A DNA stretch of 64,000 nucleotides from Mobula hypostoma (GCF_963921235.1 NC_086109.1:15440001-15504000), one strand, 5' to 3'. Positions 24,551 through 38,115 are shown, counted from the first letter of the stretch. The notes: generated by a model from the letters alone, not told the origin. Program-made: numbers and translations.

Positions 24551-25214
24551 CATTTAGAAGCAGGAGAGATAGAGATGGAACAGGAGGGCTAACAAAGCAA
24601 GGACAAAGCAAAGAGAAGATGTGAGGGCACTGCAAATTATGGATGGGTAGTGCAATAAAATGCACGAGGCCAATGAAGAGGCATTCCAGAGGTAGGACAG
24701 AACTATCAAAATGAATTAGTAAATTGGTTTATTATTGTCACAGGTACGGAGGTACACTGAAAAAAAATGTCTTGTATATCATTTTTACAGATTGTTACAT
24801 TACAGCAATGCAAAGATTAGCTTTATTTTTCACATGTGCATTGAAATATATAGTGAAGTGCATCATTTGCATCAATGCAGTCCGAGGAGTTTTTTGGAGC
24901 AGCCCGCAAGTGTTGCTATGCATCTGATGCCAACATAAGATGGGCACAGCTTACTAACTCTAACAGGTATGTCTTTAGAATGTGGGAGGAAACCACAGCA
25001 TCTGGTAGAAACATGCAGTCATGAAGACAACGTACAAACACCTTACAGACAGTGGCTGGAATTGAACTGTATGGCATTACGCTAACCACTACGCTACCAC
25101 ACTGCATGGAGGTAGAACAAGGTAAAACAATAACAGATTACGGAAAAAAGCTACATTTACAGAGAAAGTGCAGTGCATGAGGATATGGTGTAAGGGCATA
25201 ATGAAGTAGAAAAT

Positions 25215-25810
25215 TTAAAATTCAAAGTAAATTTATTATCAAAGTACATAGATGTCACCATATACAACGCTGAGATTCATTTTCCTGTGGGCATACTCAG
25301 CAAATCTATAGAATAGTAACTGTAACAGGATCAATGAAAGATCAACGAGAATGTGGAAGATAACAACTGTGCAAATGCAAATATAAACAAATAGCAATAA
25401 ATAACCAGAATATGAAATAACAAGATAAAGAGTCCTTTAAGTGAGATCATTGGTTGTTGGGACATCTCAATGGATGGGCAAGTGAGTGTAGTCATCTCCT
25501 TTATGTTCAGAAGTTTGACAGTTGTGGGGTACTAACTGTTTTTTGAACCTGATGGTACGAGTCCTGAGGCTCCTGTACTTTCTACCTGATGGCAGCAGTG
25601 AGAAAAGAGCATGGCCTGGGTGGTGAGGATCTTTGATGGTGGATGCTGCTTTTCTACGGCAATGTTTCACGTAGATGTACTCAATGGTTTGGAGGGTTTT
25701 AACCGTGATGTACTGGGCTGAATCCACTACCTTTTGTGGGATTTACCGTTCAACAGTATTGGTGTTCCCATACCAGGTCATGATGCAGCCAGTCAACACA
25801 CTCTCCATTT
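25215..25810 (-). mobile_element. Rex1/Babar LINE 3' end
   Basis: ORF 25467..25727(-) KAASTIKDPHHPGHALFSLLPSGRKYRSLRTRT. Confidence 0.85.
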
Positions 25811-26631
25811 TGAACATACCAGGGAACCATTCAGTAGTCCAATAACAGCAAGATAGAAGCCGTCTTTGAATCTGGTAGGATGACTGAGTTTGTGTTCTGA
25901 TATTCTCGTGGCTAAAGAAAGCATAAGCAAATCCTTTCAAGTAGGAAAAGATGCCCCCAAAGTACAAAATGGAGTAAAATTGAATAAAACATTTGTATTT
26001 CTTGAAAAGTTGCCATTTGGTTTTCTTTGAGGCTCAACATTAAGATGAATGGTCATTCCAACACCCACTTGCTGGGTGCTGATTGGCATTCTGAATTTCA
26101 AAGCGTGATAAAAATTGAACAGTTCCGTCAGAAAATCAAATAATCTTACACCGGAGGTCCTTTGGAACAATCCTGAAGCTGTCACAAATCCCGGATAAAA
26201 TTGAGCTTAAAAGATACAAATAAATATTTAAATAGATATGGAAAAAAGCATTGACAGCTAATTTCTGTTATGTTGCTTTTAGTTATCTATCTTGTCAAAT
26301 TAGATAGATATATTTCTTATTTTTTTAGATTGCAATATATTTTTATAAATTCTTTGTTGAATTGATGGGATGTAATGTCTTTCTAAAAGGCGTAATCTAC
26401 AGAGAGACATCCAAATGGACTCTGACACCATCTGCTATTAAACCAAAATTTTGATTGTAAATTATTAGGTGTTCAGATTAAAAAAAACAAAGAGAATATT
26501 AAATTTCATTCAATTTACACTTAAAATGCTGGTTGAGTGCATCATTGGGAGTTGGGGGAGGGTGGATGGAGGTGGAATTTGAAGCAGTTATCTTGTGAGA
26601 ATCAGGGCAATTAATTACATTCTAACTTTCT

Positions 26632-27275
26632 CAGACATCCCACCCTGCAAAAACTCATTTCAGGGAGGTAGCACCATCAATTTGCGGGAGATCCCGGAAC
26701 TTCTGGGAGAAGTGGGATGTCTGCAATGGAGTAGCTCCTTAGCAGCTGGCCAGCTAGTTTAAATAACGTTAGCTATGCTAATGAACAAATGACACCTGTT
26801 AAACTCACCTCAACATGTCTTTTACAGTCTTAACCCACCATGGGCAATAGAAAAGTCACTGTTGCAAACAGTGCAGCGAGCAACACTGTCATTATTTTTG
26901 ACCCCTATTAGGCAGGGGTACACTTGAGGGTAGTCTGGGGTGAAGTGTGTTTTATATTTTCTTTTTTTGGAACACTCTCCCATGGCGTGCTCTCTCTCTC
27001 ACTCTCTCTCTCGCTTGCTCTCATGCGCGCTCTCTCTCTCTCGCGCTCGCTCTCTCTCACGCTCTCTCTTGCTCTCGTGTGCTCTCTCTCACGCTCTTGC
27101 GCTCTCTCTCTCTTGCGCTTGCTCTCTCTCACGCTCTCTCTTGCTCTCGCGCTCTCTTGCTCACTCGCTCTCAAAAAATTAATTTCCGGGATATTGTATA
27201 TAATTTGCGGGCATCAGGGAGCCACTATTAATATGCGGGAGACTGCCGGAACTTCCGGGAGAGGTGGGATGTCTG
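26632..27275. mobile_element. Non-autonomous TIR DNA transposon (hAT-like) with 6-bp TSD and internal (CT/CG)n tract
   Basis: Perfect 13-bp TIRs cagacatcccacc / ggtgggatgtctg; ctttct on both sides (26626-26631, 27276-27281). Confidence 0.8.
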
Positions 27276-27324
27276 CTTTCTGAAGCACTCTTCATAGTAC
27301 AGTATGCACAAGGATATTCCAATT

Positions 27325-27825
27325 TCAAAGTAAGCTATTTATCAAAATACATCTGTGTCACCATATTCATTTCCTTGCAGGCGTTCATAGTAGATACAAA
27401 GAAATACTACACAAAATTAAAAAACTACACACAAGAGCTGACAAACAACCAATGTGCAAAATCAGACAAAATGTGCAAATACAATAATAAATAAATAAAC
27501 AAACACTATTGAAAACATGAATTGCGATGCCCTTAAAAGTGAGTCTGTAGATTGTGGAATCAGTTTAGTGTTGAAGTGAGTGAAGTTATTCACGCTGGTT
27601 GAGAGGCCTGCCGGCTGAAAGGTAATAAATGTTCTAGAAGCTGGCGGTGTGGGACCTAAGGTTCTTGTGCCTCCTTCCTGATGGCAGCAGTGAGAAGAGA
27701 GCATAACCTGGATGGTAGGAAGGCTGCTGATGATGGAAGCTGCTTTGCTGTGGTAGCGCTCCTTGTAGATGTTGGTGGGGCTGGCTTTTCCTGTGATGGA
27801 CTGGGCTGTATCCACTACTTTTTTT
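27325..27825 (-). mobile_element. Rex1/Babar LINE 3' end
   Basis: HPGYALFSLLPSGRRHKNLRSHT in ORF 27634..27840(-). Confidence 0.8.
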
Positions 27826-30305
27826 AGGGGGAGATTTCATTTTACAACCAGCAACTCCAAAGCCTCACCATTGGTTGCATGATTATTGATATGGCTCCTT
27901 TCTCTCTACCCCCACTCGCTTTGCTTTCTACTTAAGTGGTGTCTTTGTTACTTGCGTGTATGATTTTCAACTGTGAGACAAATAAACATTTCCTCCATTC
28001 TGCAAATAAATGTGTTGAAAGAAGTTGAAAAAGGCATCAATTTATTTAATGCGCCTGTGATTTTTCTCAATTGCTTGCGTGCAGCATAATTCTAAACACC
28101 AGTCTTCAGTTCCTGGAGAACTCAAGCAGTTTGATGACCCTACATTGTGGAGGTGTCTCGTTGTGTTCTCCAGTGTCATGTAGTCAGTGGAGGAATGGCA
28201 AGGGTAACTGGGGGATTAAGGCTGGGTGAGATCAGGGTCTCTGTTATTGCACAGTACAGAAACTTGTCATCCACCTGCAATAACATTTTGATTCGAATAT
28301 AACCAGCACGGAGTACGGGAGCCTTTTGAAAGTTGTGAGCAAGACGGGGAGGAGGTGAGAAGAATAAATTAAAGATCGTTACTTTTTGGGTGAAGCAGAG
28401 AGAATAAGCAAAAGGAAAAGAAGATGGGGCGAACTCAGAGAAAAGCATTGGCTAGCGGCAATGTGAGGCTGAATGAGAAGATTAGGAGGGGCAAGAAGTT
28501 ACGGAGTAACATGAAAGGGAATCAAGGAATATTTAATTTTTTCAATAAGATCTAGACTTGAGTGTCCTGCATCATGAATAAATAGTACATTTCAGCACTA
28601 TACAGGCTCTTCGGCTCACAATGTTGTTTCGATATTTTAATGTACTGTAAGATCAATCTAATTGTTCCCTCGTTTCTCTCTCATACATGTACCTCTCCAA
28701 GAGTTTCTTAAATGTTCCTAATGTATCTAACTCTACCACCACCCCTGGCAGGACGTTCCATACACCCACCAGTCTCTGTGTTAAAAACGAACCTTTGACA
28801 TCCCCCAAATGTCTCTGGTTGTCAAAAATGAATCACTCATTCTTCTCCTCCTTCTTGATTGGACATGGCATGAAAGGTTACAGGGAGAAGGCCGGGGAGT
28901 GGGGCTGAGGAGGGGAATAAAGGATCAGCCATGAATGAATGGCGGAGCAGACTCGATGGGCCAAATTGAGTAATTCTGCTCCTATGTCTTAAGGTCTTTA
29001 AGATTCTTCTTAAAGTTTAATTGCGTGACCAACATTTGATCAGCTGTTCTTATACTGTCTCAAGTACTTAGGTTAAAAGTTCGGAACAACTTGATGAGGC
29101 AAAAGGTTTCTTCTGTGCAGTACTGTAAGACCATAAGATATAGGGGCAGAATTAGGCCATTCAGCCCAGCGAATCTGTTCTGTCATTCCATCATGGCTGA
29201 CTTATTATCTCCCTCAATCCCATTCTCCTACCTTCTCCCCATAATGTTTAATGCTTTGATTAATCAAGAACCTATCAACCTCCACCTTAAATATACCCTT
29301 CTTCAGGAATCTATAACACTGTCGGGCAGGAAATATGAAAGCCTGAAAGCATGTACCACCAGGCTTCTACCCTGCTGTTATAAAATTATTAAAAAGTACA
29401 ATAAGATGCAGTCTTGACCTTATAATTAATCTCGTAATGATCTGGCACTTTATTGTTTAGCTGCACTGCACTTTCCCTGTAGAAATTTATTCTGCATTGT
29501 CATTCTTTTACCTAGTCCCACCTCAGTGCACTGTGTAATGATCTGATCTGTGTGAACAGTATGCAAGACAAGATTTTCACTGTATTTCAGTACATCTGAC
29601 AAGAGTAAACCAATCCCAATTCCAATTGCAGTCTGGAAGCCGGGGACAAACTGCTGTGTTAAGGATACCATACAAATGCAGATTATTTTTATTGGCCATC
29701 GACTTGATAATGAACTCCAGTATGTGGCATTATCAATAAGGATATACATCTCAAATGACCAGCATGACTATAGAATATATACTCCAGTAATACCGTTAAG
29801 AGAACAGTTTGTATTCAGTATTTTGATAGAATTTTGTTACAGATAGCAATAAATTATGATGCAACTAAACTGGAACAAATTTAGTTGTAAGATCATATAA
29901 TCTCGTCACCATCTAAGATTCTGCCGATGTGACAAATGTTGCTCCCAAAATCTCAGTTGATGGCAAGGAGGTGTACATGAGTGATGCAATTAAGAAGAAG
30001 GCATGTCAGAGGCTACAATTCATTAGGAGTTCGAGGAGATTTGGTATGTCACCAAAGACTCCAGCAAATTTCTAAGGATGTAGAATGGGAAGCTTTCTAA
30101 TTGGCTGCATCATCATCTGATATAGAGTATCAGAAAAAAGCTGCAGAGGGTTGTAAACTCTGCCAGCTTCATCTTGGTCACCAGCCTCCATACCACCGAG
30201 GGCATCTTCAAAAGGCAATGACTCAAAAAAGTGGCATCCATCATTAAGGACCCCTGTCACTCAGGACATGCTCTGCTCTAATTACTACTGTTAGAGGGAA
30301 GATAC

Positions 30306-31256
30306 TATATTTCCTAAAAGTCCTGATAAGAATCTACTAGATGTAATTTTTAATTTGAAACCTTTTTATAATGGATCTATATCTAATATTTATAATATGT
30401 TGCTGGGAATGAGAAACATTCCTTTAGATAAAATTAAAAATCTTTGGAAACAAGACTTACAGACTTCAATTTCTGAGGAAACTTGGAATGAAACTTTTAT
30501 ATTGGTTAACACTTCATCGTTATGTGCTCACTACTCTCTCCTACAGCTTAAAGTGGTCCATAGGGCCTACATGACCAAAGATAAGTTGTCTCGCTTTTAT
30601 TGTGATAAATGTAATATTGGAGAAGCTTCACTCATTCATACGTCTTGGACATGCCCGAGCCTTGAAAAGTATTGGAAAGAAGTATTTCAAACCTTCTCGG
30701 TACTTTTTAAAATAAATTTTAAGCCTAATCCTTTGACTGCTTTATTTGGTATTGTTGGAGGAAAGGATATTATTTTGGAGAAATCTGATTTGCACATTTT
30801 GGCTTTTATGTCTCTTATGGCTAAGAGGGCACTCTTGCTTAAATGGAAAGATGCGGTTCCGCCCACTCACATTCAATGGCTACATGATGTGATGTCATGT
30901 TTAAATTTAGAGAAGATTCGGTGTTCAATTTCTGAATCTAATCAAACATTGTGGGGACCTTTTTTGAACTTTTTCAAAACCTTTGATTTGCCGTTAAAGC
31001 ACAGATGATGGCTAATAATATACTTCTTTTTTCTTTTTTTCCTCTTTACTAATTGGCTTCGGTCTTGGTAGTGGGTTAGAATTTTTTTCCATATAATAAA
31101 TTTACTATATTTCAATATTATGAATTAATCAATTTGTATGAATATAGAGTAAGGAGTTTGTATGTGCGATTCAGTATAATGTATTTGATATAATTATTTT
31201 TTCTTGAACTCTATTCTCCTATGTAGAAAATTAATAAAAATATTGAAAAAGTAAAA
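30306..31256 (+). mobile_element. L1-clade LINE 3' end (ORF2 C-terminal Cys/His domain plus 3' UTR), nested in a Rex1 copy
   Basis: ORF 30355..31008 LQLKVVHRAY.T...CDKC....ASLIHTSWTCPSL..YW; A-rich tail; 9-bp TSD ggaagatac (30297-30305, 31257-31265); Rex1 sequence on both sides. Confidence 0.9.
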
Positions 31257-32114
31257 GGAAGATACAAGAGCCTGAAAAAACAGTCAACGTTTTGGGAACA
31301 GCTCCTTCCTCTCTGCCATCAGATTTCTCAACAGACAATGAACCAAGCCATCAACAACACCTCACTATATTTGCAAACACGAGGAAATCTGCAGATGCTG
31401 GAAATTCAAGTAACACACACAAAAAATGCTGGTGAACGCAGCAGGCCAGGCAGCATCAGAAGGGTCTCAGCCCAAAACGTTGACTGTACCTTTTCCTATA
31501 GATGCTGCCTGGCTTGCTGCGTTCACCAGCATTTTTTGTGTGTGTTGCTCACTATATTCGCTCCCTTTTTGCACGACTTATTTCATTTTTTTTGTAATTT
31601 ATTGTATTTCTTTATATACTGCTGCCACAAACAACAAATTTTACAACGTATGTCGGAGATATTGAACCTGATTCTGAAGTTTTATTTATCAGCTTGTAAA
31701 ACATTTTGTGTTCTGAATTTGTGATCAAGACAGTTAAATATCCTATGAAATAATAGCATAAATGCATTCTTAAGAAATCCTTGTGCTTATTGCTTTGAAA
31801 CTGATCATCCATTTGGTCTGGATGAGTTACCATTGTACCAACGACCAATGAAATTTCACAAAAGCTCCTTGATAATTTTAATGAGGCTATCATACTGCCT
31901 GATTTTTTTCTCTGAAGAAATAAATCCACGGCCATCCAGACAATGAAAAATTGGGTTGTAAAGATGAACGAATGAGAGAGAGCTGGGTCAAAGAGGTATT
32001 TTTTAAATTACTATGCCAATGAGCTCTTCACACATATGGACAAGGGAGCGGGATTTAATGAGATGGCTCTTAGTGAAGTAAAATCTAGGTTATACTTACA
32101 AACTCAAGAGATTC

Positions 32115-32915
32115 GGAGAGTGGAGCTTAGTCAAGATGGTGCTAAACGGCTACTTCTTCGCTTGCATCTTCCGAAACAGCTCTATTTCCATCTTTAATAT
32201 CTCTATTTTTCCCTTTCAGAGTTCTTTTGAAGACTCTAACCTGGAGTTACACACTGACTTTGGTTCTTTGTGGGAATAGGACCCGCTCTCGGGATTTCAT
32301 GACTGGCCATTATTCGACATGTCAAAGGTGCAACCTAAGAGTTCGGCTCACCTTTGGAGGCCTAGGATCTTGGGGGTCTGGAGACGGGTGGATCGAAGGT
32401 CGATGTCCCAACAGATCGGTGTGTCATGGGAGCTGGAAGATCTTTGACCATGTGCCCAGAGACCTGAGATCTTTGTGCACAGAGACCTGAGATCTTTGGG
32501 CACAGAGCTCAGAAAAAGCGACACAACAGACTTTTAACATCGTAAACCAGCAAGTTGTTTGTTATGTCTCCCCTCTGGCTGTGAAACGGAGACATCTCTT
32601 TCTCCCTTATTAGGGAGAGAGAACTGGGTGAACATGAAGTCTTTGGGTTACTGAAAGTCTGGGTCTGTTTTGTTGCTTTGCTCACACTTGAGTGCTCGGT
32701 GAAGGGTGCCGATGATTTTTTTTTGCTGGTGGGGGGAGGGGGGATTGACATGCGGGAGGGAGGGGGGCTGGGGGGTACATTGGGGTTCTATGATTTAACT
32801 GTCATTCATTCTTTGGGGCACTCCTCTGTTTTCGCGGATGGTTGCAAAGAAAAAGCATTTCAGGATGTATATTGTATACCTTTCTCTGACTTTAAATGTA
32901 CCGATTGAAACCTTT
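32115..32915 (+). mobile_element. Non-autonomous retroposon with AAGATGG head, inserted in a Penelope terminus
   Basis: aagatggtgc at 32133; TSD gattc (32110-32114, 32916-32920) splits aagagattc|tgcagatgctgg. Confidence 0.7.
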
Positions 32916-33478
32916 GATTCTGCAGATGCTGGAAACCAGAGTAACACAAGCAAAATGCAAGAGGAACACAACAGGTCAGGCAGCCTCTTATAGAGAGGAA
33001 TAAACAGTTGACGTTTTGGGTCAAGACTCAAATGAGCCTTGACAAAGGGCCTCGGCCCGAAATGTCAACAGTTCATGTCTGTCCACAGATGCTGCCTGAC
33101 CTGCTGAGTTCTTCCTGCATTTTGTGTGTATTACTCTGAGCGACATTTGCAGTTCTGTGTCGTACATTTCTGGAAGGAAAGAAAGAAGTCTAAAAGCACT
33201 TGTATCGCCATTTGGCGGAGCCAAGTTTACTCTAGCGTAACAGTAACACTTTGTACTCCCTACATTGATGTTTGGTTCCAAATGCTAGAAATGGAGTTTA
33301 GTCTGGTGTTACTATTGTTTTAAGGGCTATAGTGGAGGATATATTCCTTTGGGCATGTCCAAGCAGATATGATGACAAGGTCTCATAAACCTAGTTGTGC
33401 ACCCAGGGCTGTAATGTTTCAAGTTATGCTGGGGACTGGAAAAAAGAGATGGAGGGAGACTCAATTTTATGTTACTGG

Positions 33479-34157
33479 TGTAGCCCCCCGGTAAGCCTCA
33501 GGCTCGCTCAACTCGCTGTCGTCTAGGGGAAGCAGCCCTCGGCCCCACCAAACTGGGTAATTAAGTTTGTGTGGATGCTGTGTGATGTACCCCGCCCTGC
33601 CAAGTAACAGACAATACACCATATACGATTAAATGATTACAATTTATAGATATTACTGGAACTATGTAATTAATAGATAAAATACAAAAGGAAAATAAAA
33701 GGCGCCAAACTTATCAAAGTTCAACCTCTTTGTGCACAACAGTTGGAGCTCTAGTAATGGGGTCTTCTTTCCACCATTCAATCCCCTCCGACCACCTCGA
33801 CCCACCACCTGGGACCAGCCACGGTGATCGACCAGATGATCCACACGAATCTGTCTTCGTCTCCTCTCCTCGCCGAAAACCCTGGACTCTGGCTCAGGGT
33901 CCGCCCCATCGGCCAGCTCACAGCATCGCGTCCACTCTCTCTCTCCCTATCGTGCCCTCTCCCCAAAAACCCGTGCATACAATAGCTTACAGACACACAA
34001 AAAAGAATAACATCTATCCCAATTGGTTAGCAACGGAAGACAGCTCGCTCTATAACACAAACAAGCTGCTAGTGAGAGAGCTTTCTCTGCCGTTAACATA
34101 ACAAAGAAGCCATTTTAATTAGACTAAGCAGTAACATAAAAGCAGAAGCCCCTTACA
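33479..34157. mobile_element. Solo LTR, 679 bp
   Basis: TGTA...TACA termini; 4-bp TSD CTGG (33475-33478, 34158-34161). Confidence 0.85.
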
Positions 34158-34780
34158 CTGGGAATGACGTGGAGATATAGAAGAGGCTGAGAAAATCATT
34201 AGCTATACTAATATGGTTAAACAGTAGACCAACTGTAAGAGAAATGGAGTCAAGATTCAAGGTAATTGATCATTGAAACGTACAGAGAAATGTGTCATTT
34301 GCATTAACAACCAACACATCTGATGCATTGCCACCCATTCTAGCACCAACACCACAATGCCTGGCAGGACAATGCAGAACACAACAAAAGATAGAGGTTT
34401 GAAAGTGCAGTTAAGCATCACAAATATTGGGAAAAGGGTTGGAACAGTCTCTATCCTAAAATTAACACAGAAGGAAGGGGCCAAAAACAAACCTCTAGAG
34501 GAACCCAGCAAGTCAGGCAGCATCTGTGGAGGGAAAGGGACAGTCAACACTTCAGGTCGAGACCGTTTACCTGATCTGTTTCACATGAATTGTCTTAACC
34601 CAAGGAGTCAATTATCCATTTCCCTCTACAGATGCTGCCTGACACGTTGGGTTTCTCCAGCGGTTTACTTTGTTACTCTAGATTTCAGCATCTGCAGTCC
34701 TTCGTGCCTAAGGAACCAAGGGGATTGGATAGGGTTGTTCGGCTGTTGGGAAATAGACCTTATCAGTGATCAAGACAGAG

Positions 34781-36242
34781 GAAGATAGCACCAGTGGACA
34801 ACATGACCAAGGGCCACGTTCTCCAGATGGTTCACAAAGTTTAAGTCTTCCACTTCAACTACTGTACATCTTTTTTCATTAAAATGTGGTTCTACTTCTG
34901 TTGGAGCCAGTAATCTACATTTTGGTGGTGTGTTTTTGGGTTGATTGAGCTACCTGCTGCTTTGCTGTCTCTGAGGATGTTCCGTGTGGTTTCAGGCGAA
35001 GCATGTGGCCTCAAGGCTAACAAGCCTGGAGGCGGAGTGTGATCTCAGTATCGATGGAGATTGAAATCATCAAGGAGCGAGTAGAAGATGTGTGGGTGTT
35101 TAATGCCATCTACCAGCCTCTTACTCACTGCTGTCGGAGAAAGGTGTCTGTGTGTGATAGTCTCTCTCTCCCTCTCCATCTCTCTCAATGCTGCCGGAGG
35201 ATTGTGCCAGAGTTTTGGGTCTTGGGCAATGTTTAATGGATGCAGTTTGTGGATGGGACTCGGTAGTTCACATCATGATCTGCTTCTGGTCCCTGGCTGC
35301 TCCTTTCTTTGTGGCTACTTTGGCGATTTTGACTGGGGCGGCCTGCAGGATGGTGAGCGACAGAGCGCTAGATTGATCGCAACTGAGCTGAACTGAATGT
35401 ACCAGCAACACACACAAAATGCTGGAGGAACTCAGCAGGCCAGGCAGCATCTATGGAAAAAATTACAGTCGGCGTTTTGGGCGGAAACTCTTCGGCAGGA
35501 CGGGAGAAAAAGGCTGAGGAGTAGATTTGAAAGGTGGGGGGAGGGGAGAGAGTAACACCAGGTGAAAGGTGAAACTTGGAGGCGGTGGGATGAAGCTAAG
35601 AGCTAGGTAGTTGATTGGTGAAAGAGACAGAAGGCCATGGAAGAAAGAAAAAAGGGGGGATGGGAGAGCACTGGAGGGAGGTCACGGGTGGGCAAGGAGA
35701 TTACATGAGAGGGACAAGGGGATGGGAAACGGTGAGGGGGGGGGAAGGCATTACTGGAAGTTTGAGAAATTGGAGTTCATGGCATCAGGTTGGAGGCTAC
35801 CCTAATGGAATATAAGTGTTGTTCCTCCAGCCTAAGCATGGCCTTATCCTGACAGTGAAGGAGGCCATGGATGGACTTATTGGAATGGGAATGAGAAGTG
35901 GAATTAAAATGGGTGGACTCTGGGAGATCACGCTCGTTCTGGTGGATGGAACGTAGAGGTTCGGCGAAGCGGTCTTCCAATCTACGTCGGGTCTCACCGA
36001 TATACAAGAGGTAAATATACCAGAACTCTTTCATTTCTGTGTTTTATATTCTGTGCGCTTTGCCCTTTTTTTTTGCATGATTCGTGTTTTTGCACTTGGT
36101 GGTGGTGAGGAGATGGTGTTTGGTGTTTTTCTTTGAACAGGTCCCAGGGTTTTCTTTGTTTCATGGGCTGTCTATGGCAAGATGAATCTCAGGGTTGAAC
36201 ACTGCATACATACTTTGATAATAAGTGTACTTTGAACTCTTA
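34781..36242 (+). mobile_element. AAGATGGCG-head non-autonomous retroposon, interrupted by a Penelope fragment
   Basis: Head aagatagcaccagtggacaacatgacc matches the reverse complement of 41250-41310; Rex-type tail at 36180-36242. Confidence 0.6.
35401..36010 (-). mobile_element. Penelope-like element 3' end (GIY-YIG endonuclease remnant plus terminal repeat)
   Basis: ORF 35777..36034(-) LLYIGETRRRLEDRFAEPLRS...THFNSTSHSH...RLEEQHL. Confidence 0.85.
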
Positions 36243-37129
36243 AGATGCAATTCAAGGGAGTTGACAGGTTCATAGGCTGATCACGAGTCTGGCCGGGACA
36301 GCTTCTCGGAAGGGCAGAAGTACAGGAAAGACAGAAGGGAGGTGAAAGTAGATATTACACTTCCCGTGACAGACAGCTGTACAAAACAAGCGTGTAGTCA
36401 GAGAATGAAACTATATTCGTAATCTGTTTGTTCTCCAGTTCATTAAAATGAGTCCATTGACTCCACACATACCGTGCGTACTGCAGTCAATGAACAAAGG
36501 ATAACATAACAAACAAGCTCGGCAACAGAGGTCCTTGAAATGCATCATGCTAACAGCTCAGTATCCACGCTTTCCTGCAAGAGGCAAATTAAAAATGATT
36601 TGTTTCAGGATCTCATTGGGAGTTCAAAATCAAGTTGCTAGACGGTGTAATTCCTTCCTGTTTTAATTACAGTCAAGAGGGATTAACGTACTCTTTACAC
36701 CCAATCTGAGCCATTGGTCACTTGGGTTTCATTGACTACTTCTTAACTGGAGCACATCAACTGTTCACACAGGTGTAGGTGTGATGCTTGATTAAACTGG
36801 GCAGTTTTGACTCATTGGGAAGCAGCGCTCGATGGTGTTTGATTAACGTGGTTTGAGCAGAGAATTGCCTCACTCACTGCTGAGATAAACACACTATTAC
36901 TGTGGCAGTGGGACTGTCTACACCAGGGAGCAACCTTTCAGAATCAGAATCATCTTTAATATCACTGACGTGTCTGGAAATTTGTTGTTTTGTGGCAGCA
37001 CTATAATGCAATACATAAAAACAATTGTATAAATTATAATAAGAAACACAAGCGAATCTGCAGATTCTTGAAATATTGGGCAACACACACTAAATGGGGG
37101 AAGACTCACCAAGTCTTTTCCTATTTCTC

Positions 37130-38115
37130 CACTCAGACTTGGATCACATGGACAACAACAATACCTATGTTAGTTTGCTGTTCACTGACTACAGCTCAAC
37201 GTTCAACACAATCATACACTCAGTTTTAATCAACAAGCTCCAAAACCTGGGCCTCCGTACCTCCCTCTGCAGCTGGATCCTTGACTTCCTCACGAGGTGA
37301 CCACAGTCTGTGGCGTCGAGAAATAATATTTCCTCCTCGCAGACAATCAACACTGATGCACCTCAAGGATGCGTACTTAGCCCACTGTTCTATTCTCTCT
37401 ACACCCATCATTGTGTGGCTAGACACAACTCTAACACCATCTATAAATTTGCCAGTTGCGTAGTTACTGTCGGCAGAGTTTCAGATGGTAAAAGGAGACA
37501 TGCAGGAGTGAGATAGATGAGCTGGTTTGAGTGGTGTTGCAACAACAACCTCGCATTCAATATCAGTAAGGCCAAGGAATTGATTGTGGGCTTCAGGAAG
37601 GGGAAGTCGAGGGAACACACACTGTCCTAAATGAGGAATCAGCAGCGGAAGAATGAGCAGTTTCAAGTTCCTGGGTGTCAACATCTCTGAAGATCTATCC
37701 TTGGCTCAACAGTTTGATATAAATACAAAGAAGGTACAACAGTGGCTATATTTCATTAGGAATTTGAGGAGACTAGGTATGTCATCAAAGACTCTTGCAA
37801 ATTTTTACAGATGTACCATGAAGAGCATTCTAACTGCTGCATCACAGCATGATATGAAGTGGCCACTGCGCAGGATTGGAAAAAGCTGCAGAAGTTTGTA
37901 AACTCAGCCAGCTCCATCATGGGCACTAGCCTCCCCAGCATCAAGCACATCTGCAGAAGGTAATGCCTCAAAAAGGTGTCATTCTTAAGGACCCCATCAC
38001 CCAGGACATGCCCTCTTCTCATTGCTCTCATCAGGAAGGAGGTACAAGAGCCTGAAGGCACACACTCAATGATTCATCAACAGCCTCTTCCCCTCTGTCA
38101 TCCAATTTCAGAATA
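37130..38115 (+). mobile_element. Rex1/Babar LINE fragment
   Basis: [17 protein letters not shown]...[39 protein letters not shown]. Confidence 0.9.

Noticed and set aside
26908..27283. RE/LS-rich ORFs on both strands
   Set aside because: Translations of a (CT/CG)n microsatellite inside a DNA transposon
30355..31008. 217-aa host zinc-binding protein gene
   Set aside because: It is the C-terminus of a 5'-truncated L1 ORF2 with an A-rich tail and TSD
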